Below, one piece after another: positions 11,225-23,965 of a stretch of 64,000 nucleotides of DNA; position 1 is the first letter of the stretch; each line of letters begins with the position of its first letter. The stretch is taken from contig NEEC01000016.1 of NCBI GenBank assembly GCA_002189035.1, positions 682,001-746,000 on the forward strand. Direction: 5' to 3'. The stretch comes from Utricularia gibba. Its lineage: Eukaryota > Plantae > Magnoliophyta. The notes under the pieces were generated by a model that was not told where the DNA came from, searched no databases, and saw only the letters and a list, made by a program, of their open reading frames with translations. The translations under genes were made by a program, and so were the position numbers.

Positions 11225-12667
11225 CTATTTCCATGAACAACATTGCAGCTCAGACAAAAGCTTACTGTATGCATACCTATCAACAACTTTCCTCTCCTTC
11301 AGCTCCATCAGCAATCTCATGGCACTTCCATCGCTCCGGCGCCTCGACATCTCGTCGAGGATCGTTCGGTACGTTATGAAATCTGTGACTCTTCCATTGC
11401 CGGCCATCTCCCACAAGAATCCAACTGCTTCATCAATCTTGCCTTCAATGGCCAAAGAGCTTGCAAGGGAGTTATAGGCTTTGCTGCTAGGCAGGAACCC
11501 TTTCTCCTTCATCATATCATAGAATTCCATGGCGTTGGTTGTTCGGCCTTGTGAGCATAGTCCATGGATCAAGTAATCATAGGAATATGCATTTGGCTGA
11601 CAATTGTAAACGACTCCCATCTGATGGAAGATCCTGAGTGCATCATTGACATGAAGGGACATTACATATCCCTTGATCATACAGTTCAAGGAAAACAAAT
11701 CAGGCTCAACTCCATCATCAATCATCTGCCTGAACAGGCATCTGGTTGTCTCCATGTACATATGGTTGATATATGGATTCTGTCTCCTACTTAGAAGCGC
11801 AGAAAACAGGATGTTATAAGTTCTTATGGATGGCCTGCAGTCCAGCTTCATGGAACTGCACATAACCTTGTATATGTGCACAGCTCTGACCAACTTCCTA
11901 GCTTCAGTGAAGTAATATATCATGGTATTGAAAAGTGGCTCAGAAGCAATTGCTGGGAAAGCAAGAACCTGGTTCACAAGGACGTCCATTTCTTCATACA
12001 TTTTGGCTGCACCAAGCTTCTGGATGGTGACGTGAAAAGTAAGCACATTGTGCTTGAACCTGTGCTGCTTTGAAGCCCAGTTGAAAAGCTCCAGACAAAC
12101 TAATGGATCATCTTGAAGAACTATAACATTGTGAAGTTCCTCATGGGTGAATCTCGGAGGAAGCTGAGACACTGCCCTTCGGAAAAGCTCTTCTTTCAAC
12201 ACAGGTTTCGCCGCTTCTCGTGCCCTTTTATTGATCCTCTTTCTCAAGGTTCTCGGTACGTACCCTTTATAAATCCTCGTAGACGCGGCAGAAGCCGAAA
12301 ACTGTCTACCAGGGAGTGGGTTTGTGTGAGATCTTGACAGAAATCCAAAGAGGGCAGCAGAAAAAGTCGAAATTGAAGATGAATTTGAATTCCTGTTGGA
12401 TGCCAATCGGGAAAAATGGTGGACTGTAGATTGATTAAGAGAGAAAAGGCCACAGACTAAGATCCTATCGGGTTGAAAACGCTCGACTGGTGTTCGAGGT
12501 AGACGGAACATGTCAAATGGGAAGACTCCCAGAAGGAATCGACGCCAGTCCCGTTCTGCAATTCGAACGGAGGTCAATTCTTGGGCCGGGATACGACGGC
12601 TGAACACAGCCGCACCACCGTCGTAGCCGTAGCTGATTCGATTCCTGGAGGAGTGAATATGGGCCAA
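11225..12667 (-). CDS. P-class pentatricopeptide repeat protein, probably mitochondrial (resembles At2g27800 from memory)
   Basis: Intronless 480-aa ORF with tandem 35-aa PPR motifs (PSIRTYNILFSALL, PDLFSLNCMIKGY, PNAYSYDYLIHGLC, PSSKAYNSLASSL). The true start may be a downstream Met. Confidence 0.92.
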   Translation of the reverse strand: MAHIHSSRNRISYGYDGGAAVFSRRIPAQELTSVRIAERDWRRFLLGVFPFDMFRLPRTPVERFQPDRILVCGLFSLNQSTVHHFSRLASNRNSNSSSISTFSAALFGFLSRSHTNPLPGRQFSASAASTRIYKGYVPRTLRKRINKRAREAAKPVLKEELFRRAVSQLPPRFTHEELHNVIVLQDDPLVCLELFNWASKQHRFKHNVLTFHVTIQKLGAAKMYEEMDVLVNQVLAFPAIASEPLFNTMIYYFTEARKLVRAVHIYKVMCSSMKLDCRPSIRTYNILFSALLSRRQNPYINHMYMETTRCLFRQMIDDGVEPDLFSLNCMIKGYVMSLHVNDALRIFHQMGVVYNCQPNAYSYDYLIHGLCSQGRTTNAMEFYDMMKEKGFLPSSKAYNSLASSLAIEGKIDEAVGFLWEMAGNGRVTDFITYRTILDEMSRRRSDGSAMRLLMELKERKVVDRYAYSKLLSELQCCSWK

Positions 12668-12797
12668 GATGTACGGAAGTGTGTTTTTTTATAGGTCAGG
12701 CCCATAACAGAAATGATCGTTAGCACCTCTGGGCTAGTTCCATTTTTCAAAAATTTTAAAATATAACTAAAAATTAGAAAATTTACGTACATAATGG

Positions 12798-12895
12798 ATA
12801 TTTAATAATATATTATAGAAGATTTATATCTAAATATACATTCAAATAATTAATTAATATATGTATATCAATCTTATATGGTTATATTATTTATT
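12798..12895 (-). repeat. AT-rich dispersed repeat, family A, inverted partial copy
   Basis: ataatata.tata.aagatttatatcta and taattaatatatgtatatca are reverse complements of blocks at about 56620-56650 and 25255-25275. Confidence 0.45.
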
Positions 12896-13263
12896 TTTTG
12901 AGTATATGGATATTATATTAATATCTTATTATCAAACCACTTTTAAATATTATAATTGATCCCTCTAAACAATATTTTAATCATCATTATTTCAAAACCA
13001 TTTATAATTATTTACTGCTGTATTAAAATCGAGCAAAAATAGTCATCACTATTTATATTAATGTCAAAATCAATCCCCACTTTTTATTTAAAATATCAAT
13101 TCAAATTTATAGTCAAATCGAATAATGAATTCAGTTCATTTTTTTAAGAAATAAACTCAAATACGTTATTTTTTATTATTTTATTATAAAAAAACCCAAC
13201 TCGAGAAATTAAGAGCACGCGCCCTAATTCTAGATGGTGTTTTTTGAGGGGAGGCGCGTGCAA

Positions 13264-14004
13264 ATGGATGCCGGCGGAATGGAGAGGAGGGAGAGGCCAA
13301 ACATTCTCATAACCGGGACGCCGGGGACTGGAAAAACGGTGACATCGGCCGCTCTGCAGGAGGCTACTGGTCTCCGGCATATCAATTTGGGGGACTTGGT
13401 GAAAGAAAAGAACCTCCACGACGGCTGGGATGATGAGTTTGAATGCTATGTCATTAACGAGGATCTCGTGAGTTTTTTTAACTTACTCACTCATCCCGTA
13501 CTGTGCTAAGTTTGAATTTTTTTCCTCAAATTTGCGTCTTTGGGTTTTGGTGTGATGAATGGGGTTTCTCTTAGGTATGTGATGAACTTGAAGATTTGAT
13601 GCAAGAAGGTGGGAATATTTTGGATCACCATGGTTGTGATTTTTTCCCTGAGCGTTGGTTTGATCGTGTTGTTGTACTTCAAACCGAGAATGCTCTGTTA
13701 TATGATCGCTTAACTAAGAGGCAAGTGTTATTTGCTTCACTGTGTACCAATTTTTCATGCCTTTGTGCTTCTTCCTAATCTTCTTCTTTTGCATTTTTGG
13801 TTTTTTTGATCTCTGCAGGGTTACACTGGGAAGAAGCTGTCCAACAACATTGAATGTGAGATCTTTCAGGTTCTGCTGGAGGAGGCAAGAGAGAGTTACC
13901 CTCAAGATATTGTTGTAGCACTTAAAAGTGACTCTGTAGAAGACATAAGTAGCAATGTTGCTGCCTTAACAGATTGGGTCAGGAGTTGGAACTCCTTTCC
14001 ATGA
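13264..14004 (+). CDS. AK6: Adenylate kinase isoenzyme 6 / Fap7 / CINAP homolog (exons 13264-13467, 13575-13720, 13819-14004)
   Basis: P-loop [26 protein letters not shown] (hhh-H motif), [10 protein letters not shown] and [10 protein letters not shown]. The intron 2 junction is ambiguous (see findings). Confidence 0.93.
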
Positions 14005-14390
14005 TATCTCAAACAAGCTGTTTCATCTTCAATGGCACGACAAGTATCAAACCAAGGCAAATGATCCTGCCATTTTTGAGTCATTGAACGGTTTTCAATG
14101 GCACTTATAAATGACTCTGTAGAAGGCATTAGTAGCAATGTTGCGGCCTGGGTTCGATTGTCATTTTTGAGTCATTGAAACGTTTTCAGCATAGATTATG
14201 ACTGTATGTTGAATGTTGTTCCATGGTGTCTAAAAAAGTTCAGCATCTTTATTGTACAGCTATTATCCTCAGCTTCAAAATTTTTCCGACTCTGCAGTTG
14301 TAAGCAAATGTTAGCCTCCTCAGACTCAAAACTGAGCTGCAACTTGATGACAGATATCAGCAACTCTATCTCTTGAACAGTACCAGCAAT

Positions 14391-17300
14391 TTAGAAGAAT
14401 TTCAGTACTCCTGTGATGTTTACTGGTGGATTGATATCCACACGAGTGGCCTTCCCTTGTGCAAGCAAATCGGGTAAAGTGTTTGCTTCCTTAGCTGGAA
14501 TTCCCTGAGCAGTCCATAGTGTCACATGTGGCCATTCGTTCTTGGAACTTATTTTTTCTCCTTCCACAACACCTGGGTCTGCTTCGAGAGCTGCGAGATT
14601 GTCTGAGAACAGCAATGCAGTCACCTTTATGGGCACATCTTGGTTCAGGTACTGACCATAGTTGCTCACGGCAGCTACACCATGGCTTCTCTTGTGAGCC
14701 AGCGTCACATGGGCTTTGGTGAGGCTTCCCTTCAAATCCTTGTTCAGGAGAAATTTCCCCACTCTTGGATCCTTCATACTCAACTGTTCCATCCATGAAA
14801 AAGAAGTTGGTGCCTTGGTTCATAAACCAGCCATCAATGCAATGAAAATAGTCAGAAGCGTTGGACCATGAGGTTCCCTCTAGCTTACACTGTCAAGGAG
14901 TCTCAGGAGTTCAGCGACTGGCAAGCTGACAGCAGCATACAGAAAAGTCGCAAAACTTCGTTCCTCAGTGGGGAGTGAATAATCCCCCTTAGCAATAGAT
15001 TTTAGTTGTTTGAGAACCTCCTGAACAGCAAAATCAAATGGTACCTGGAATGCCAAATGCAAACATGGTTGAACCCTTTGTTGTACTACGGTGCCAATTA
15101 AATGAAAGCATAAATTTACAGTCTTCCAAATATACACAGATGCTACTATTCCTTGAAGCATGTTTAGGTACGGAATAACAGGGGCTCGTTTTACTCCTAC
15201 AGAATTTGAACGTTCACTAGATCAGAGACATGGCTGACCTGAATAGAATTGAGATACTCAGCATTTTCAAACAGGATCTTTCGCAAATTCACCTCCCATT
15301 TAGCCCAATCCTTGGCATATGTTCCTTTTTGGGGATCTAGTCTACAAGGCATGAATGGAATTATCTTAGTGATATACTATTGAATTGTGTTTGTAAATAT
15401 AAAGGCAATTCCACAAGTTCCTTCATGCAACATCAGAAACAACCTTTGATGCCTTCTAGTGTGCAACTTGTACAGATCGATTCCTTCCTCCAGAATAGAT
15501 TTCACGCTTTCAGGCATAGGAGATCTTCAAGATAAAGAGAAAACGAGTAACACAGTAATGATGGGAAGAATATATTATCCAAAGGAATCTCAAATACAAA
15601 ATTGCTCAGTGCAAACATGTACTACAACGTTTATTCAGAATAAAATGAGCCTGGAAGCCAGGAAAGGAGGAAAAGTTAAACAGGGAAACTCATAGCTAAA
15701 ATACAATATGCATGTATTACTATCCAGATCTTGTCATTGCTCATGGATTATGACGTTCCATGGAACGGAAAGAGGATTATATGAAATAACATTCCACACA
15801 AATACTGCAACCACATTAGAAGCATTTTCCTACATATGCCCAGTGAAAAATCAGATCCATAGAATTTGATCCATGATGGGGTGACTGGATCAATTGATGT
15901 TCATACAAAAGCTCGATAGTGGGTTGTCCAGTTATGAAAGAAAAAAAATTACCAAAAAAATATAACTGAGACAGGACACCGAGGAATATATGAACATGAA
16001 AGCTGCACGCTTTCAAGAAAAAAGAGTATGTGAAGCTTTTTCAATTTGGACTTGAGATTGCGAACCTTGTGGGCAGCAACAAGGGCATCTTCACAAGTGA
16101 CCCAAAACGCTCTTTCAGGTCAGCTTCAAACTCTCGATGATTCTGGAGAGTAACAGAATAAAGGCATACCCAAAAAGTGTAGAAGATGCTTACCAATAAA
16201 ATGAAAATTTTAATACCTTGCCTTCATATAGATGGTAAAACATTAACAAGACATAACCAGCATTGGGCGAGGCCTTGTCAAGATTGCCCTAGAAGGGAGG
16301 CAACATTTTTTAAGGAATTATACCATTTGGATTGTAAATTGAGTAATCAATTGATCAGTACTGGATGATTTTCACGGTGAAGCACTCTGAATATGAACAC
16401 AGCAAGTGCATCAAGGGAGAACGGGTTTGAGTCAGTTCCTGCAGTGGTAAGCAGATTATGGAATGATACAAGTTGTACAATAGCAGATGATTAAAGCAGA
16501 AACAGCTAGATGGTAAAAATTCTGAAGAATGATGATGTCAATAACTTAACCTTCAGAGTCAGGTATCACTGGAATTGCTGCTGCTTTTGTTTTGCGACAC
16601 ATTCCCTCAATCTGCAGAGATTGGACTACCGATTTGAGTAATTATATTATCTCATGTTCTAAATGTTGAAAAATTTGAAGAAAAGAATGCCATGCAGTGA
16701 CTAAATTGTTTACAAATAAAGCCAGAATCAAGACCAGCAGCATATTAGATGGTGGTAAAAGCATGTTATATAAAAACATCTAGAAAAACAATCTCCTTGC
16801 ACTCTCACAATTCATATGGAACTTAAGAACGCAAGTAATTCACCTGAAACCACACTTCTTCGTTGGGTGCATTCTTGTCTGCAAGCAGAATAGAATTAGG
16901 TTTCTTCATGCGTTCTTCAGAAACTTTGCCCCAGTATTTTCCTGTCATAATACAAGTAAATAAACAAAAGGTCAATCTTCAGAAAAATGAAAAGAAGTTA
17001 GAGTGAAAAAAACTCTTCCAGGTATAAAACTGGACGGCATTCAAAGAATGCAAATAACAATTCCTTCAGAAAAAAAAAATGGATCTCGGTTCAGAGTTTA
17101 ACAACCAACCCAAAGATACAATGAAAATTAAGCATCATAGAGAATCGTAACCATGCTTTTGTAACCGTTAACTTGTATACATAGTGCCCATCATGACTTC
17201 ATAAGAATGAAGTGAATAAATGCTAGCAATCTAACAAGTTGCTGATCTTCAGTTTCTCTGGTTCTTTTGCAACCATTCACTTGTGTTCACAGTAATAAAT

Positions 17301-20300
17301 TAACATTCATGAAAATAGTATGATATCTGAAAAATAACAGCACGGGTTCAGTGAGCACCTTTTATTAGATCTCCCATCAAACTATAGACGGGACGATCAT
17401 CCCCAAGTCCTCCAGGAGTGTTTAGTATTTCTTTACAGAGTGCTGATTTAGCACAACCAGGTATTCCTGACACAATTAACAACTTGGTTATACTTCTGAG
17501 TAATGGAATTGTGATAGGAAAAAAAGGAGGTAGCAGCATGATGATCAAAGAAAAAGGTAAGAATAGCTAAAACATTCAGTTGAAAACTTTATAAATTACC
17601 TGGAAAGAAAACGATGAGCCCCTCTTTCTTCCTAACAACCTCATTTACCAAACCGCCAGGGGTTGGGGTTGCTACATCTCTCCCTGGGTCAAGATCTCCC
17701 TCTTCATCTCTACCGTCACAAATTATGGCCATAAAATCTTCAGCTGCCACCAAACTTCCAGCAGCTCCAACCAATGCCTGATTCTGTGGACCACGCTTTG
17801 CATATTGCTCCAGAAATGGCTCTGCTTCACGAAGATAACTAGATGAAGGCAATTGTTTTTTTCCGTACTTCCTGCGGATGAAAACAGCCCTGGAAAAGGA
17901 AAAGTATTAGAAGCTGTATTAGAACCAAAACCCCATAGAAAACCTACCATTCATCAAGCATCTTGCTCAGCTCTCTCTGCTTTGAAGGTGACGTTTTCCA
18001 TATCTGCATTTGCCTGGAATCTCCAGTAGAGTGAATGATAAGTGAAAGGAAGCTTAGGCCAGAGTTGAATTAACATGCCAATAAAAAATAAACTTCTTAT
18101 TATGAAAAAAAAATTGGCGCAGCATGGGAAACTAACCTTAAGTAGTATGCCTTATACGCAGCTTCACCTTGCTTGAAAAGAATTGGTAAGCCATTTCTTA
18201 TTAAAAAGGTTCTCAACTGCAGTACAACAGATACACAAGACAATTATAATAATTTCAGAAAGCACCATCAACTTGGTCCTTGATGAAAGCAAAGTCATGC
18301 AACAATGCACAAATCCAACTTGTGGAATAGATAAATACACATCCATCCATCCATCAGAAAAGAGGTACCATACTGGTTCATGAAAATGGTCATACACCAG
18401 CATAATGCATGGAAATTCGTCAGTGCATAATTAAATGTCTGTGCAAAACTAAAGGGATTCAAAGACCGGGGATCTTCACATTTGTTATCAATGCACAGGT
18501 TTCAAGTATCCCATACCTTATATGTAAGGAATTTTAACTTGATCATCAGGTTAGCATCTTCATCGGCCAAGTCATCTTTGGCAGATGCATCATTCTTATC
18601 ATTCCATGAATCCTTTGCATCGCAGAATTCAATCTCTCTCCCCTTGTTAGAATTGAATAAATTCAGATCCACAAAAAACCCTAGTAAAAACGTAGAGATT
18701 AAAAACTGGCCCAGACACCTTAGCAATCTTTTTATGTTTCAATATCAATATACATTTCACGAGAGAAGGATAAATTAAATACCTCGATACAGTGGCCATA
18801 ACTTTGGATTATACCTGAAATATACCATCTTACTTATCATAAAAAGAATAGAGAACTTGCAATGGTAACATAAAGAATGCCATCCATCTCTTCAACTTAA
18901 GATGAAAATGGTAATGGAGAAAAGACCAAAAGCAGACCTCATATCCCTCTGGTAGCGCCTGAACACTGAATCACTATGGACATGTATAACCATCTTAAAA
19001 TGAAGATTATCGCTTGTTATAGAGCTGGTCTTAGAGAAGTTATGGTAACATTTAAATGCTGCAGCATAACGCTTTTCCCTCATCAGACGAATCATTTCCT
19101 GATACATGAGGTAAACTTAGTGCTGTATCATTGAACCTTAGCATTAAAATAAACACAAGAGGCATACAACAAAAAAGCATGTCATAAGAGGTGCAGATAA
19201 ACCATGTAGACAGGACTTTGCTATATGAACTTGCAAACAGTTTTTGAAATCAATCTATGTTTTCTAAGTTACAAAAGTATTTTCAAAAGATACATAAAAG
19301 CAGGCACTTAATGATAACACATCAAAAATAATAGTAATGGACAAACCTACTTGTAATTTGGAGGTAGCAAAATCTGCAGGCCGCGTTTGTAGAAATTTTG
19401 AAAGGACTAATCTCTCTGCATTTCTTGAGTGAGAATCTGTGCCCTCCTTTCCATGCCAATGTGAAAAGTCCGGACACAGTGATGTTCCAACGCTTTCAAG
19501 AAGTGCTTTCACTTGCTGTATGTAATGATTCAAAAAGTTAATGAACTTTAATCTGACACAATCAATGCCTATAAAATCATGGTAATTACCTGCTTCTCAT
19601 CCGTTCTGTTAGCAGCACATATTTCACGCAGGCTTGATCCCAAATGCTCATCAACTACCATTCAAAAAAATATAGATAAGAAAAAGATAATCCTAAATAT
19701 TAGCAGGAAAGTAAACTTGACGTGATTTAGAAGGAATTAATTATCTTACCTCCCTCGCATGGTGGAGGAGGATAATGTTTAAGAACGTTTTCCATGTGTT
19801 TTGAACTATCATGACTTACTATCCGGGCAACTAGCCCTTCCAAAATCTCACCCTGAACCTTAATATGGTCCTTTGAGCCTGAGTGTAACACAAAAAATAA
19901 TATCTGATTTCATTAGCTGAGACCATGATAATCCTGATTAAGAACACGAAATGCAGGAGCTAATGCTTCACAAATAAGAGAGGGAAAACGAAAAAATGTT
20001 TCTAGTGCATCCTTTCGATAAAAAGTTGGAAATGACCAGGAAGTACACTATACCATTTCAGCAAATATTATTCTCGGTAAGTTTAAAAAAATGAAATTAT
20101 TACCAGGTATGGATATATCAGCAATTTCATCAAGTGCCTTGCACACCGTTGTTGCTATTCCTTCCTCGCAGAGTGCATCATAAGCAGCAAAAAATGAATT
20201 CACGGACTTCCTGAACAGAGAATAAGAAATCCTATCATAATCGATTATGAGAAACAAAGGAATACTCCTTTACAATTCCTGTTATCTAGGTAAACTTAGA

Positions 20301-22719
20301 AAAACCACATCATCGTTCCACAGAAGATCTACAGAAGTTTCTGATAATGAGCCACCATTTTACAGAAAAAGAAGACTAATTTTGTATGCAATTTTATTAT
20401 GCTGCAGTTTTCTGACAAATCATTAGTTGCTCCACATGACATAAGATGCATTTCTTTGCATAAAGAACAATTTCTACAACTATACACGAAATACCAAATG
20501 ATACCTTGTCGAGAATAGCCAAACATGATTAGTTGGAAGCCTCCACTTCCTACAGAAGGCAATAATTTCCGGTGTAGAGTAAAATTTTGGTTTACCGCAA
20601 CCCAGCTCAGTGACAGCTGTAACGACAACTGGGGAAGCATATCAAAGAAATCAGTGACATGGAAGCAGCATGGTGATGATGATCGCACAAGAGGCTAAAT
20701 ACATACAACCAGTTCCTTCTTGTAGGAAAATAATAGGAAACAAATAAAGCATACGTAAAAAGAGACCACCTAAAACAGAAAAAGAATGACATAATTCCCA
20801 TAATAAAAATACTATGAAGTAAGATTTTCATCCAGAATGCATCCCAAAATTATCCAGATGAAATTTCATCACGTCAAGATATTTATATTTTATTTTTTTA
20901 GAAAAAATGGGGAAATGGTTCTAGCCTCACCATAATCATCACGAGGACGCTGCCCATGGTCGCCTAACACAGCAGTAACCAATTCCATGGATATGCACAT
21001 GCGGTTCCTCTGAATTGAGAAGGGTAAAAGAAAAGTTTGGCATTCATTTTGATGATCAAAGAAAAAAATTTGGAACGGCATTACAGTGAAAGAGTAACTG
21101 AAGCAATAAATGAAGTAATATTTAAGTAACCTAGAAAATCTACAAATCTCCACACCTCTCGAATAAATGAAGCTTTATGTATTTACCTCAAGGAACTCAT
21201 TGAACTCAGCTTGCTTTTTGCTAGCTTGGGAACCCCATGCTTCACGAAGCATACGCCCAAGTACAAAGACACCAACAGCAGTATAACTAGAAAATACAAA
21301 ATTGAGAACTAACACAAAAAGCGCCATAAAAGTCATAGATCATGGCATTCAAATGGATAGAAAAACCATAACGCTGTGAAGCAAAACAAAAACATAAGCA
21401 ACAAAGATTGACTTGCACGTACATATTTCCAAAGCTATTTTTGGCATAAGCTCCTCCCTCATTTCCAGCGTACATAAAAAGGGATCCAGAGTGCTTAAGT
21501 GAAACCTGTTAAAAATTAATGAGGACTAACCAAAGAACGGAAAAATGCAAAAAAGATGCAGGAAACAAATGGGCAATGCTAATTAGCACTTTTCATAGGA
21601 AAATCCTGGGTCACCGTTGCCTAACCTCCATTGTAGCTAAGCCTTTGGAAACCATCTCAATCATTCTTGCCCTGATCTGCAACAGTCACGTGAGGAAGGA
21701 GAGAATGACAGAAATCTCAGCATGAAAAAGATGTTTCTACAGCATATTTGCTCACTCCAGATAAATGTGTAAAACTAGAGAGGTGCATCATACCTCATGA
21801 TCAGATTTCTCATTTTCAAACTTGGGGTAAAATGTAGCCCTAACTTGAGCAAGAGAATAGGTTGAGTCGTCCACATGGAAGTTCTCTAACAGTTTACCAC
21901 TGAAAAGATTACTTAGGATGGCAGAATTTTTCCCAGGCGATTCAGTTTTGCTCTCATTGCCCGCAACCCCAGGTTCACCAACAGAAGCTTTATCAACATC
22001 TGGTGAGGTAACTCCACTAGCAGTTCCAAATGACTTTTGCTTCCATACACTGTCTTGTTTTTGAAGAGACGGTTGATTTGTCAGGTCAATGGCCCCAAAC
22101 TTTACTGATTCCTTGCTTTCCGTGATTCTCAATGAGTCAAATCTTTCCACAACACCTTCAGTTTCACCCTTTTTTGATGATGATGAGGTTGATGCCACGT
22201 CTGATTTTGGGTTCTGCAACCATCTATTTGCCTTATAATCTCTCTTTCGCTGAATTGATAAAACAATATCAGTTACACTGAACGTAGCTTCATGAGAGTA
22301 ACTTAGGGCAAAAAATAGGGCATGATGTCGAAAATGACTGCTTCCATAATATGGGATACAGCAAAAGAATGGACCAGAGTCATTATTTGGTCATTCCTTT
22401 GCGAGTTCATGGGCGATTCGAACTGACATAGGTGAATTACGCATAATTCAATCCAATTCAGTACCCACCTTGACATATTTCAGAATTGACAGATAAACAG
22501 ACTAAAATCTGCAGTGATCCTTCTCCAAACTATAAAAAAAAAAAAAAGGTGATCTTTATCAAACCATACCTGTCTGCTGGGCATGATCAAGGAAGGAATA
22601 TGACTGTTGGAACGAACGAAAGACAAAGAGGGATAGCAGCAGAAACTCCTCGAAGCCAAAGCTCGGCGACCATGCAAAGCACGTGTCAAATCGTAGACGA
22701 GCGTCAGACGAAGCGACAT
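14391..22719 (-). CDS. RNL: Plant multifunctional tRNA ligase (ligase, kinase, 2',3'-cyclic phosphodiesterase), 27 coding exons
   Basis: All exons were walked with in-phase GT-AG junctions. Ligase motif I KHSGSL, kinase P-loop GIPGCAKS, and two HxT motifs (AHVTLAH, PHVTLW) of the CPD domain are present. ATGs are at 22719 and 22584. Confidence 0.95.
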
Positions 22720-23965
22720 TCACGAAAAAAAAAACGCAGCTTTCCCTATTTATAGCAAACAGCAAATCAAGAAACCACGAGTTCTATAATAAAACTGGAG
22801 TAGTCAGAAGTGGCTAGTGTAAAAAAATGGAAGAATCCCAGAGCTTGACTTTCTTGGGATTCCACTTCCACAACTTGTGAACTCGATTGATCGAGGGATT
22901 TCAATTCCTTGTATAAATAGCGGTTGAAATCCCGAATAAAACAGAACGTTGCTTATAGCAAGTTGTTGCATCAACAGGAGGGGCCTCTTCTGCGAAAACG
23001 CAATGTCTGAAAGGGGCTACTACTTGACTGCAGAAATTGGGATAGAAGTTGAGCAGAAGACACACGTTGGTTGCCCTCAAAACGAAAAAAGATGCAATCT
23101 TTATTACGAAGTATATCGTTCATAAGACATGAAACCGGGTTTACAAAAAAAGAAGAATTTGTTCGCGTTTTTCTGTACAAGGAAGGTCAATAAAAGTTTT
23201 GAACATAAACCGCCATGGCCATTTGCCACCATCAAAACAACACCAACACACTTGCAGCCGTGCAGGAGCACCTATGGGAATGTAAATGTGGTGTCTGGGC
23301 GCTTCACCATTCTGTCGATGAATGAAATGAACTATGTCATAGTGATGAGGAAGTTTTTCCTTCTTCTCTTACTAATAACATGCCAGGGTAAGCTGTTTCT
23401 GAGTCTTCTTCTTCTTTGTTGAGCGTTTCAAATTTAGGGGACTGGAAAAAACCTGCTGATGGCAAGCATCAAACATAAAGAGATACGAAAATGGCATTCT
23501 TGAGGGAGCATATTCCAGTTCTTGAACTGGACGCAAGCCTTCCACCGAGTTAATTTGACATTTTAGAATGATAACCTTCTCTGAAATTTTCCGAATTAGA
23601 AGAAGATGATCGAAGAAAACGGATTCTTTTGTGATTGGTCCTGGGCCGGAGAGGCCTATGAGCTTTTTTAGTAGCCCAGAACAGCAAGGGCAACGAAAAG
23701 AAACGTGCTACAGGCGTCGCTTTTTAGCCGTTCACAGGGAAACGGCGGAGACCCGGCGGCGCATCACAGGGAAGAATAACCCATCCGAATCGGCAAGCAT
23801 AAAAGCTTTCAGTTCACCTCTGTTCTTTACGGATGATTGGAAATTTCTTGATGTTGGTATCGAAAGTCGCATACTTCTGATAAACGGTTTTTAAACTTTT
23901 TGCTTAAGGCTTCAATTCATCTCCCTTTTTGGGTTTCTGGTTCGCCGGGCGTTGTTCTCTTTTTG

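Noticed and set aside
14145-14165. GGTTCGA T-loop-like motif
   Set aside because: There is no cloverleaf, A-box or acceptor stem. No tRNA gene was found anywhere in the window.
23512-23530. TTCTTGAACTG resembling the 3' half of miR396
   Set aside because: The 5' half of the mature miRNA does not match, and there is no long precursor hairpin or star sequence.
23546-23558. TTAATTTGAC matching 18S rRNA, as a possible snoRNA guide on the minus strand
   Set aside because: The match is only 10 nt, and no D/D' box follows the antisense stretch.
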